Origin: Zygnema circumcarinatum SAG 698-1b
Lineage: Eukaryota; Plantae; Zygnematophyceae
Assembly (NCBI GenBank): GCA_037447605.1
Contig: CM074810.1
Span: 1,584,880 to 1,648,879, forward strand
DNA length: 64,000 bases
Reading direction: 5' to 3'
Part shown: positions 10,594 through 26,789 of the stretch, in pieces
Position numbering within the stretch: the first letter of the stretch is position 1
How the letters are laid out: each line of letters opens with the position of its first letter
Position numbers and translations under genes: made by a program
Notes under the pieces: model-generated
Seen by the model: only the letters and a program-made list of their open reading frames with translations
What the model was told of the DNA's origin: nothing
The model's database searches: none

Positions 10594-13500
10594 ATGGGCT
10601 TCCAGGAGAGCAATTTGAAGCGAAGCCCGGTCTCGGGAATGACCGGATTCGGGCGAACCGAGGGGACTGCAGGACAGCTGTTCTGGTCATGGGAGGTGGG
10701 CCGTACATGCATGCAGAAAGAGAAAGATAGAGAGAATGGGGGAGGGGGAGAAAGGGAATTTGAGTGGGAGGAGAGAGAGAGAGAGAGAGAGAGGGTATAA
10801 GGAGCGACAAGGGGAGAAAAAAGTGGCGCCGGAGAGAGATGGAAAGGGGAGAAGAGGAAGGCAGAGGGGGGAATAGGGGCAGAGAAAGGAAGAGTGAGAC
10901 AAAGGAGAGAGAGGGAACGGCGGAAGGAGGGGAGGTGGGCGAAGAAGACGTTCTGGGAGGGGTGGGGAGGGGAGGGAAGGGAGGAAGGTGAGGGGGGTGA
11001 GAGAGGGGGAAAGAGTTGAAGGAAGTTGGTGGGAGGGAGTAGGGAGGGAGGTGTTGGGAGATGGATAAGAATAAGAGAAATGGGAAGTGGAGGTTGAGTA
11101 TGTGTGTGCAACGCTCCCCTGTGCGAGAGAGAGAGGGAGTGAGGGAGAGAGAGGGAGGGAGAGAGAGAGGGAGTGAGAGAAAAAGTGGAAGTGAGAGAGA
11201 GAGAGGGAGTGCGAGAGAGAGCCTCTCTCGCTGATCCGAACGATGTTGTGGGGGGCGTCTACACTCGTCACGTGCAGGGCAGGCTCGCAGTGTGAACGGT
11301 CGATCTCTCGACGTTCGGGTTCGGCTTCCGGACTCTTTTGGACCCATGCAGCAGCTCGCCACGTCAGCAGTTTCGGAACGATTTGCGAGAGGGAGCATCT
11401 CTGTCCACTTGTCAGTGAAGGTGTGGAGTCGTCAATAGTTTTTTTTTATAAAAAAAAATAAATAAATAGCGGATACCCCGATTCCTTTTTACAAGTGGGT
11501 TTTTTTTTTTTGGGCCTTTTTGGGATTGCAGGTGGACAAGGGGCAGCAAGAGAGCAAACTGAATATCAACAAAGAGGGGATTTTGCAGGTAAGAAAACAT
11601 AAAGTCGTTTTTTTATTGCTTGTCTGAAACATACTCGAATTTCCCTTCTCGCACTTCCTTGCCTCCTCTCCCTTCACCCCGTCTTCCACCCCCTCTCTCT
11701 CTCTCTCTCCCTCTCACTTCTTTTCTCTCTTTCGCTCTCCCTGTTTCCCTCTATGTTCTTCCTTTCTCTTTCGTACGCCGGTCCTCTCCTCTCTCTATCT
11801 CTTTCTCTCCCTCTGTCTCCCCCTTTCCTTTGCTGAAATTTTTTTTTTCCGTAATCTCTTTCTTTCTTCCACGATGGCAGGCAGCCGCTATGATCGAAGA
11901 ACTGCGGAATACTGATTCTGAAGGAGTCCTGGCAAAGTTCCCCCCCATAACTTTGGACTCCCTACTGAAGCTGCCGGTGAGAGTGCACAGCGAATTATGG
12001 CTAAAAAAATCTTGAAAAAAGGGATTAAACCTAGAAACTAGAAATTAGGACTATGGAACTAGAATTCTAGATTTCACGTCGAGGTTCAATTGTTAACTTC
12101 AATTTAAAACGACAAAGTCATGTCATTGGTTGCCTCTCAGGGAATGGTCCAATGGGTGGATGCGGAAGAGAGTGAGGGCGAGAGAGAGACCCACATGGCA
12201 GCTGTGACAGATAGGTATCTCCTCTCCATCTTTCATTTTCTTTCGAATGGAGTTTCTTGTTTGTAAAGGACTACTTATATAACCCTCAGTAACCCTTAAC
12301 CCTAAATACCATACACGCCTAATGACCTTCTCCATCTCCCCACTCCACCTCCCCCTCCCTCTTTCATTGGCTTTTCTTCCTCTCCTCCCCATCCTTCGCT
12401 CTCCCACACCCTATCCCTCTCCCTCCCCCCCTCCCTCTCCCTCCCCCCCTCCCTCTCCCTCCCCCTCCCTCTCCCTCCCCCCTCCGTCTCCCTCCCCCTC
12501 CGTCTCCTCCCACCCCCTCCCTCCTCCTCCCCCTCCCTCTCCCTCCCCCCCTCCCTCTCCCCCCCCCCCCTCCCTCTCCCTCCGCCCTCCCTCTCCCCTC
12601 CCCCTTCCCTCTCCTTCCCCCTTCCTCTCCCCCCCCCTTCCTCTCCCTCCCCCTTCCTCTCCCTCCCCCTTCCTCTCCCTCCCCCTTCCTCTCCCCCCCC
12701 CTTCCTCTCCCTCCCCCTTCCTCTCCCTCCCCCTCCTCTCCCTCCCCCCCTCCCTCTCCCTCCCCCTCCTCTCCCTCCCCCGTCCTCCTCCCTCCCCCCC
12801 CTCCCTCTCCTCCCTTCCTCTCCCTCCCCCCCTCCCTCTCCCTCCCCCCCTCCCTCTTCCCCCCTCCTCTCCCTCCCTCCTTCCTCTCCCTCCCCCCTCC
12901 CTCTCTCCCTCCCCCTCCTCTCTCTCCCCCTTCCTCCTCCCTCCCCCCCTCCCTCTCCCTCCCCTTCCTCTCCTCCCCCCTCCTCTCCCTCCCCCACTCC
13001 CTCTCCCTCCCCTCCCTCTCCCTCCCCCCCTCCCTCTCCTCCCCCCTCCCTCTCCCTCCCCCCCACTCCCTCTCCCCGCCCTCCTCCCTCCCCCTCCTCT
13101 CCCTCCCCTCCCTCTCCCTCCCCCCCTCCCTCTCCCTCCCCCCTCCCTCTCCCTCCCCTCTCCACCCCCTCCCTCTCCCTCCCCTCCCACTCCCCTCCCC
13201 CCCTCCCTCTCCCTCCCCTCCCTCTCCCTCCCCCCTCCTCCTCCCTCCCCCTCCTCTCCCTCCCCTCCCTCTCCTCCCCCTCCCTCTCCCTCCCCCTCCT
13301 CTCCCTCCAACCTTCCTCTACCTCCCCCCTCCCTCTCCCTCCCCTCCCTCTCCCTCCCCCTTCCTCTACCTTCCCCCCTCCCTCTCCCTTCCCCCCCCCT
13401 CCCTCTCCCTTCCCCCCCTCCCTCTCCCTCCTCCCTCCCTCTCCACTCCCCCCTCCTCTCTCCCTCCCTCTCCCTCCCCCGTCCTCTCCCCCCTCCCTCT

Positions 13501-16232
13501 CCTCCCCCCTCCTCTCTCCCTCCCCCCTCCCTCCCTCCCCCCCTCCCTCTCCTCCCCCTCCCTCTCCCTCCCCCGTCCTCTCCCTCCCCCATCCTCTCCT
13601 CCCCCCTCACCCTCCCACTCCCACCTCCCTCACCCTCCCCCCCTCCTCTCCCTCCCCCATCCTCTCCCTCCCCGTCCTCTCCCTCCCTCCCCTCCCTCCC
13701 CCCCTCCCTCCCTCCCCCCCTCCCTCTCCCTCCCCCCTCCCTCTCCCTCCCCCTCCCTCCCTCCCCCTCCCTCTCCCTCCCCCTCCCTCTCCCTCCCCCC
13801 TCCCTCTCCCTCCCCCTCCCTCTCCCTCCCCCCTCCCTCTCCCTCCCCTCCCTCTCCCTCCCCCTCCCTCTCCCTCCCCCCTCCCTCTCCCTCCCCCTCC
13901 CTCTCCCTCCAACCTCCCTCTGCCCTCCCCCCTCCCTCTCCCTCCCCCTCCCTCTCCCTCCCCCTCCTCTCCCTCCCCTCCCTCTCCCTTCCCCCCTCCC
14001 TCTCCCTCCCCCTCCCTCTCCTTCCTCCTCCCTCTCCCTCCCCCTCCCTCTCCCTCCCCCTCCCTCTCCCTCCCCCGTCCTCTCCCCCCCCCTCCCTCTC
14101 CCTCCCCCCTCCCTCTCCCTCCCCCTCCCTCTCCCTCCCCCTCCCTCTCCCTCCCTCTCTCCCTCCCCCGTCCTCTCCCTCCCCCGTCTCTCCCTCCCCC
14201 CTCCCTCTCCCTCCCCACCTCCCTCTCCCTCCCCCCCTCCCTCTCCCTCCCCCGTCCTCTCCCTCCCCCGTCCTCTCCCTCCCCCCTCCCTCTCCTCCCC
14301 CCCCTCCCTCTCCCTCCCCTCCCTCTCCCCCCTCCCTCTCCCCCCTCCTCTCCCTCCCCCTCCCTCTCCCTCCCCCCTCCCTCTCCCTCCCCCCTCCCTC
14401 TCCCTCCCCCCTCCCTCTCCCTCCTCCTCTCCCTCCCCCTTCCTCTCCCTCCCCCTTCCTCTCCCTCCCCCTTCCTCTCCCCCCCCCCTCCTCTCCCTCC
14501 CCCTTCCTCTCCCCCCCCCTTCCTCTCCCCCCCCCTTCCTCTCCCTCCCCCTTCCTCTCCCTCCCCCTTCCTCTCCCTCCCCCTCCCTCTCCCTCCCCCT
14601 CCTCTCTGTGCTTGGTCCGCAGCCTGCTGGCAGCTTTGGACCAGTTGGCAGCTTCCAGACGATCTGAGGGCGCTCGGTTGGCGTTGATCCTGGCCGTCCA
14701 ATTGGACGAGATCGCCGATCTGACGGAGGAGGCGGCAGCACAGGCAGCCAATCGCCTTGCAGCTTTGAAAGAGCGCTTTCAGAAACAAGTAAAGCTTTTT
14801 CTCTCCCTCCTCCTTCGTCTTTCTTCGCCCTCTAATCCCTTTTTTTTTTTTTTCTTTTTCTTTGGGGCCCCACTCTTGTAAGGAAGGGCATTTACCTTTT
14901 AGTCTGGTCAGTTTCGGTTTCTTGAGAAAGCTCAATAGCTGGTGAAAAGCTTATTGTTACAGCTATTGGTTTGACTTTATTAATTTGAGTTGACTTTATC
15001 AACCAGGGATCAGACTTCGTCTCTCATAGCTTTTGCTGACAGTACAGAAGGTGGGGAACGAATGACAGGTGAAGGAGTTAGTAGAAGTGGACTGCCGTCT
15101 TGATCCTGAAAGGTTGGAGATGGAGGTGGCCATCCTAGCAACCAAGATGGATGTCAGGGAGGAGGTCGGCTCTCTCTCGCTCTCCCTCTCCCTCTCCCTC
15201 TCCCTCTCCCTCTCCCTCTCCCGCTCCCTCTTTCTCTCCCTCTCCCTCTCCCTCTCCCCTTCCCTCCCCCTCTCCCTCCCCCCCTCTCCCCCTCCCTCTC
15301 CTTCTCCGTCTCCCTCTCCCTCTCCCTCTCCCTCTCCCTCTCCCTCTCCCTCTCCTCTCCCTCTCCCTCTCCCTCTCCCTCTCCCTCTCCCTCTCTCCCT
15401 CTCCCTCTCCCTCTTCCCTCTCCCTCTCCCCCTCCCTCTCCCTCCCCCACCCCTCTCCCCCTCCCTCTCCCTCTCCTTCTCCCTCTCCCTCTCCCTCTCC
15501 CTCTCCCTCTCCCTCTCCCTCTCCCACATCATCAACCCCACATATTCCTTGTTGATGACGTCAGCACATGTGATTCCTGTGGGCCATGTACCCAGCCGGT
15601 GCTTGTTACTCGCGCGTGATGTCAGCATAGCCTGTTTCCCTGGTTATTGACGTCAGCATATGTTTTGGTTTACAGGTGGAGCGGCTGCGCGTGCATATCG
15701 CAGCTGCGGGGCTCCTCGAGGGGAGGAAGGAAGGAAGAGGAGGAAGGAGGGAGAAGGGAGAGGAGAAGGGAAGAAGGGGTTCAGAAGGCGGTGCCGGTAG
15801 GACGGGCTTTGGAGTTTCTTGCACAGGAATTTGTGAGGGAGGCCAACACCATCTGCTCTAAGGTATGCATGGGGAGAGCATTATGGGTAGGATGTTGTTT
15901 TTTCGTTGATTTGAACTAAATTGGGTTTAGTTTATTTGAATTGAGTTGGTTTGAGCAGATCGAGGTCAGTGTGAACGAGGCGTACATGAGGGGGTTCAGA
16001 GTGTCCAGACATTGTGAATGCTGGGTTGCCATTTCAAAGCAGAAGCAGCAGCTTGATTCAAGGGCCACTGAAGGCTAATTTCTCGGATACAATTTAAAGA
16101 GTCTGAGTCTGACCTGCGGGTTTTTTTGCGCATGCGGCAATGCAGGCGAATGACGTCGTATTGACGCAAATCGGGCTAAAAATCAAAGGCGTGACAGAGC
16201 AATTGAGAGAGCAAGCCGCCAATGTCGAGTGA
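10594..16232 (+). CDS. yicC: YicC/YloC-family endoribonuclease (YicC_N + DUF1732), intron-containing; exons 10594(or 10606)-10695, 11283-11420, 11532-11588, 11881-11976, 12141-12214, 14623-14788, 15069-15164, 15676-15862 (1-nt frame break), 16146-16232
   Basis: [11 protein letters not shown]...WSWE|[16 protein letters not shown]...RGSI...[10 protein letters not shown]|GMV...[16 protein letters not shown]...[22 protein letters not shown]|VERLRVHI...[23 protein letters not shown]|[28 protein letters not shown]. Every YicC block is present in order, with phase-consistent GT-AG introns. Confidence 0.9.
12322..14610 (+). repeat. ~2.3-kb homopyrimidine (C/T) low-complexity tract in YicC intron 5
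   Basis: Almost pure CT repeats such as CCCTCTCCCTCCCC. This tract produces the long Pro-rich and Gly/Glu/Arg-rich ORFs. Confidence 0.9.
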
Positions 16233-16473
16233 TGACTGATAACGGAGCACATGGGGATACACGTAAACCCTAAATCGTTCATAGTACGACATTGTTAGTG
16301 TCCGCACGAGGAAAAAGTTTGAAGCGATGAACTTGTTTTGTTTAAAGGAACGTCCGCTTGGGAAAGTTCAAACCTCGAATTCGTCATATGTGCTCCTTTT
16401 AATGGAGTGTAGAGAGGGGAGCTCCCCTGAACCCTTCACTAGTTGCAAGGTACTGGCTGGCATGACCCACACC

Positions 16474-16600
16474 CATCCAACGGTCAGGATCGCCTGCATC
16501 CAACGGCCAGCATGTCCCACAAGCAGGAGCCGATAGTATGGCCATCCAACGGCCAGCATTTCGTACATCCAACGGCCTGAACGACACACATCCAACGGCA
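16474..16600 (+). promoter_or_regulatory. Five CATCCAACGG copies (MSA/MYB3R-like motif cluster)
   Basis: Copies start at 16474, 16497, 16543, 16566 and 16589. The core matches the MSA consensus YCYAACGGYY. Function is inferred only. Confidence 0.4.
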
Positions 16601-17504
16601 TGGCTCGCCTCTGTCACTACATCCAGTGTGTTTCTAACCGTGAATTTCCGTTAAGGGCACACACACTCTAATGAATGAACCAATCAAAGCTCGCACCCCG
16701 AGGAAGTGGTGTAAACCGAAGTTGGTACTGCCTTTGAAAAGTAGGGCGTGTCAGACTTTGGTACTCGTTTTGGCATCAAACTAATGGGAGGGAGGAAGTG
16801 GCATTGGTCTTACGATGCCAATGCCATCAAATGTGCATGGGCAACATCAGCATCATGGGGAACCACGAGGAACTGGTTTGGCTTGCATGGAAATGCAAAG
16901 GATGTGGCATTGATCTGATGATGGCGATGATGCCATCAAATGTACATGGCCAACATCAGCATGGGGAACCACGAGGAACTGGGCGCAAAGGACCTAAGCA
17001 CAAAAGGAAAAGGCTGTGTGGAAAGCTACGTTTCACTTTTGGGGCGAAAACTAAATCGCCGTCGTCTCGCTCTCGCTCCCGCGTCTTCGGAAACCACGAG
17101 TTCAATATGTGACGTGACAGACCCAACAGTCACATGAGCGAAAACCCAGTTTTAGTTCCAGAAAGCAAAAGCCTCACAAACCACAAAAAAACCAGAAACC
17201 AAAAAGCTGAAACTGAAAAAACCAAAACTCCAAACAAAATGCCGACAAGCAAAAACTATACGGAAAACCACGGCATGCAGTGTGCCTTTAACCACGAATT
17301 TCCGTTAAGCACATCAATTGCACGAAATGGACCAATCAGAGCTCGCCGTTAAATAATTCCGTAGTCCGAAAGTACGGAATGTGAACCTGACTTTGGAATG
17401 GCCCGTCCGTACGGCGTTTTTTTCTCGTACGGTACATATACGGAATTCCGTACCAACCGCCAGATTTATGCGAACCGCCAGAGGGCACGTCTTGCGCCTG
17501 AAAC

Positions 17505-17765
17505 AGAAGGGGGTTAGGGCAGGGTTTCGGGTTTAGGGTTTGGGGTTGAGGATTTAGAATTTAGGGTTTAATGAGGGCTCGGGCGGGGGCGCAGGAGAGC
17601 CATCCAATGGCGTGGAGCGGTCCGAGCTAAGCCAGGATTAGGGTTTGTGCAGGATTGGAAACGCTTTCGGGGTTCAGGATTAGGGTTCGGGGCTCGGGAA
17701 TTTGTGGATTAGGGTTTGGGGCTGAGCGTGGAAGGCTGTAGAGTTAGGGTTTTAGGGATTAGGCT
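17505..17765. promoter_or_regulatory. Degenerate TTTAGGG (telo-box-like) cluster at the 5' end of the SINA gene
   Basis: Repeated TTAGGGTT/GGGTTTAGGG variants. Similar clusters occur near 8845-8925, 10165-10210, 34715-34765 and 56945-56990. Confidence 0.5.
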
Positions 17766-17788
17766 TGAGGGCCCGGCTGGATGAGAGG

Positions 17789-20686
17789 ATGGCCCCGAGC
17801 AGCAGCGGAGCGGAGGAGGGCGAGCGGGAGAGCGAGGCACCGAAGGGCGGGGGAGGGCGCGCGCTGAAAGGGGTGGGGCCGAGCGTGCACGAGCTGCTGG
17901 AGTGCCCCGTCTGCATGAACTCCATGTTCCCGCCCATACACCAGGTGGGAGGGAGGGGGGGGGGAAGGGAGGGAGGGACGGAGGGAGGGAGCGAGGGGGA
18001 GGGAGGGGAGGAATTGCGTGAGGGAGGGAGAGGGAGGGAGGGGGATAATGGATGGGGGGAGGGGGGGAGGGAGGGGGATAATGTAGGGGGGGGGGGGGTT
18101 GGGGGAGGGACGTGGGGTNNNNNNNNNNTGTAGGGGGGGGGGGGGTTGGGGGAGGGACGTGGGGTTGGGGGGACAGGAGGAGGGAGAGGGGGTAAATGGA
18201 GTAAGGGAGGGAAAAAAAAGCGTATGTGGAAATGTGGAGAATAGCGTTTGGATTTTCTTCCAATTTTTTTGTTCCAGTAGTCGTCAAGTGAATGTCTAAT
18301 GCTGAGCCAATAGTTTGGGAAGATTATTCTTTCTTTACCCTCCTTTACTTTCTCTCTCCTCTTTGAAATCCCTCTTTTTCTTTATTTCATCTCGCCCTCT
18401 CTGTACTCTGAAGTTTTTACTATCTTGAGTCCCCCTTTACCCTCTCTTTCTACTCCGAAATCCTTCCCTTCACCCAACCCTCTAGTCCCTTCACTCTATT
18501 TCCAACCACCCTCTCCTCTTAGACCCTTAACTCTTCCCCTCATGCCCCTTTGAGCCATTCTATACCCTACCTCGCCCCTACTCTTACACATCTTCCCTCC
18601 CATCTCCCTTTCCCCGCCCACCCTTCCCGTCTTCTTCCACTCCTTCCCCCTTCCCTCTCTCCCTCCTTACCCATCCTTCCCTCCCCCCTCCCCGTCTCCT
18701 CCCTCTCTCAACCATGCCCTGCCCCCTCCCCCTCCAGTGCCCCAACAGCCTCTTCAAACCCCTACATTCTTAACCTTACATCTCCTCCCTTTCCACGCTC
18801 CCCCACCCCCCTCTCTCCCTCTGCCCTCTCCTTCGCATCCCCACTCTCCCTCTCTCACCCATCGTCCCCATTTGCCCCATCCTGTGCCCCAACGGCTTTC
18901 CAAACTTCCGTCTCTCCTTACGCACCCTTCCCACACTCCCTCCCTCTCCCCATCTCTCACCCTTCTCCCCCCCCTGCCCCCTCCAGTCTCACCTCTCCCC
19001 TCACACATCCCCCCCTCTCTCCCACCTCCCTCCCTCCCTCCTTCCCTCCCTCCCTCCTTCCCTCCCTCTCTCACCCAACATCCCTATCTGCCCCCTCCAG
19101 TCTCACCTCCCTCCTCACACATCCCCCCCTCTCTCCCACCTCCCTCCCTCCCTCCTTCCCTCCCTCTCTCACCCAACATCCCTATCTGCCCCCTCCAGTC
19201 TCACCTCCCTCCTCACACATCCCCCCCTCTCTCCCACCTCCCTCCCTCCCTCTCACCCAACATCCCCACCTGCCCCCTCCAGTCTCACACACTCCCCCCT
19301 CTCTCTCTCTCTCTCACCTCCCTCCCTCTCTCCCTCCCTCTCTCACCCCGTCTCCCCCCTCCCAGTGCCCCAACAGCCACACCCTGTGCTCCCAGTGCAA
19401 GGCGCGTGTGCATAACCGCTGTCCCACGTGCCGCTTCGAACTCGGCCACATCCGCTGCCTCGCACTGGAGAAGGTCGCGGAGGCGCTCGAGCTGCCGTGC
19501 CGCCACGTGGCACAGGGCTGTACGGAGATCCTGCCGTACTACTCCAAGCTGCGCCACGAGGCGCTCTGCCCCTTCCGTCCGTACAGTTGTCCGTACGCCG
19601 GCTCAGAGTGTGCCGTTACGGGGGACATTCCGGCGCTCGTGGTAGAGGCAGGGAGGGAGGGAAGGAGGGAAGGGAGGAGGAGGGGAGGGAGGGAGGGAGG
19701 GAGGGAGGGAGGAAGGAGGGAGGAGGGAGGGAGGAGGAAGGGCAAACCAGTTTTAAACCAGTCCTAAAATCCTTATAATGCGTAAAGTCCTTAAAGCGGG
19801 TATTGAAGGTCGGCCTCTTGCAGGACCATCTCCGCGACGAGCACAAAGTGGATATGCACAATGGGAACACCTTCAACCACAGATACGTCAAACACAACCC
19901 GCAGGAGGTGGAGAATGCCACCTGGATGCTCACAGTGAGCCCTCCATACTCTTCACGCAAAGACTTCATGCACGAGAGAGAGAAGGAGAGAGAGAGAGAG
20001 GGAGGGGGGAGGGGAGAGGGGAAGGGAGAGAGGGAGGGAGTGAGGGGGAAAGGGGGGATGGGGAGGAGGGCAGGGGGGCACAAGTGGGCAGGAGTGGCAG
20101 CAGGAAGCGGGTAGGAAGAAAGGGGAAGGTAGGAGAGGAGAAGACAAGAAAGAGAGGGAAGTCGAGAAGAAAGAAGAGGTGAGAGGATATGTGATAGATA
20201 AGCGAGAGGGAGAGAGAAAGGAGAGACTGAAAGTCAATCTACACTCACCTAGAATCCCAAAAGTACTTAGTAAAGTATATCCATTCCTCTAATGTAGCCC
20301 ACTGATTCAAGAACGTCCCGCCTTCGGTTTTTCCTCTCCCTGAAGGATTCTCATTTTTCCTCCCCCTGCAGGTGTTCAATTGCTTCGGGGAACATTTCTG
20401 CCTACACTTTGAAGCGTTCCCTCTCGGAACTGTTCCCGTTTATATGGCGTTTCTCCGATTTATGGGCGATGATAAGGAGGCTAAGAACTACAGTTACAGC
20501 TTAGAGGTGGGAGCTAATCGACGGAAGCTTGTATGGCAGGGGGTCCCTCGGAGCATTAGAGACTCTCACAGGAAAGTGAGAGATAGTCAGGACGGTCTCA
20601 TCATTCAGCGGTCCATAGCTCTCTTCTTTTCAGGTGGGCAGAAAGAGCTCAAACTCCGAGTTACTGGGAAGATATGGCGGGAGTGA
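17789..20686 (+). CDS. SINAT: SINA/SINAT RING E3 ubiquitin ligase; exons 17789-17944, 19366-19641, 19824-19934, 20372-20686
   Basis: VHELLECPVCMNSMFPPIHQ|CPNSHTLCSQCKARVHNRCPTCR...RCLALEKVAE...CPYAGSEC...|DHLRDEHKVDMH...ENATWMLT|VFNCFGEHFCLHFEAF...YSLEVGANRRKLVWQGVPRSIRDSHRKV...ELKLRVTGKIWRE*. All introns are phase 0. Confidence 0.97.
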
Positions 20687-22057
20687 GAGAGAGACACATG
20701 GTGGAAGTGGGGGCGGGGGGAGGAGGAAGGGGAGTGAGGGAGAAGCTGGGAGTGGCCCTCACCCGTTGATGCTGAATTGAGTATAAAGAGGTGGAGATGA
20801 GGAGGTAGAGGATGAGGAGTAAGAGTAGAGTGGTGGAGTAGGGAGGAAGGAAGAGGAAACAGGAGGATGAAGAGGAGTAAGCGCAGGAGGTCGTGGTGGA
20901 GTACGAGATGGAGTCGTTGATAGTGGAGGAGTATTTCCTCTCTCAAGGGCCTTATGCAGACCCTGAAGGGGTCATGAGTTTGAAGAAGGGTCCGCCGCAA
21001 GGCTGGGCTCTGAGTCGCCTTCGGAGTGCATGTCGAGGCATAGTTTAGCATGTATAGAACATTTTTTCTACCCCTTTATTTTTTTTGCTTGTTGTACTGC
21101 ACCTCGTATTGGCTTGTCGTTTGTTGCCGTCCTTTTGTTGATAGTAGGACGGACTGCTCTCTTCTTTGTATTGGAGGGGCTTCCAGAGGATTCCTGACGG
21201 TTTCATGTAACTTTCTTTATTATAATGTGGAAGGGGGGGAGGGGGAGTACTCTTATTTCTGTGATGGAACTTGGTGGACATTGGGTACGGGTGGGTTCGA
21301 CGTTGCTTTCATAAAGTAAGAACCGCCGAAAAGTTACGAAGAGTCGTCAGGCCCCTTTTCAGGATTTTACCTCCGCTACATCTCTGTGTCAAAACCACTA
21401 GAAACCCCAAAAGTTTCTGTCCGAATGTCTTTTTCTTCCGAACGAGAATGGCCATTCTTGAAACCCTCAAAAATTGTACTCCCAAAACCCACATAAATTT
21501 TCAAAAAAAAGAAGGATCATTTGCACCAAGTAAAATCTGAAATTGAAACATCGACTGACAAATCTACCAAGAAAAAGATTTTTGTTTCTTGAGAAACCTG
21601 CGCGAGTTTACACCAACAAACTCGGGAAGATCTTGAAAACTCTACGACTAAAACCCTGGCAATCTTCTCCCATTGGACCGCAACCCCCCTTACCACGCAA
21701 CGCGCCTCAAAGCTTCCTCTTTAGGAAGTAAAATACACAAAAGTAACAGCTACTTTCGTTGGTTCCATATGCCAAGAAACTGATTGTTTGCCTTTCAGCA
21801 TGCCAAAAAAATGGGTACATCTTGCCGCTCCCCTTCTGCTTTTTAATCCCTATTTTTCCCTTTTATGATTAAAGAAAGAAAACATAGAACCCTTTCAACG
21901 GAGTTTCCATGCTCGCATAGAAACTCACATACTGTATTTTTTCTTCGTTTCCATTTCCGTTTAACAGCCGGCACGTGTCCCCGTTCATCGCCCCATTTGG
22001 ACCCTTGGAGAAACACTGCAGTTCAACCTATACCTTCTTTCTATACCCCATCACTTT

Positions 22058-26789
<4,732 letters not shown>

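Noticed and set aside
10451-11398. 315-aa minus-strand ORF
   Set aside because: It is antisense to YicC exons 1-2 and a GA-rich intron.
12302-14935. Very long Pro-rich (781 aa) and Gly/Glu/Arg-rich ORFs that resemble extensins
   Set aside because: They are stop-free translations of the intronic C/T tract. Flanking YicC exons splice across it in phase.
19372-19377. SINA RING motif CPNSH instead of CPNGH
   Set aside because: A single change at a non-ligand position. All Zn ligands are intact.
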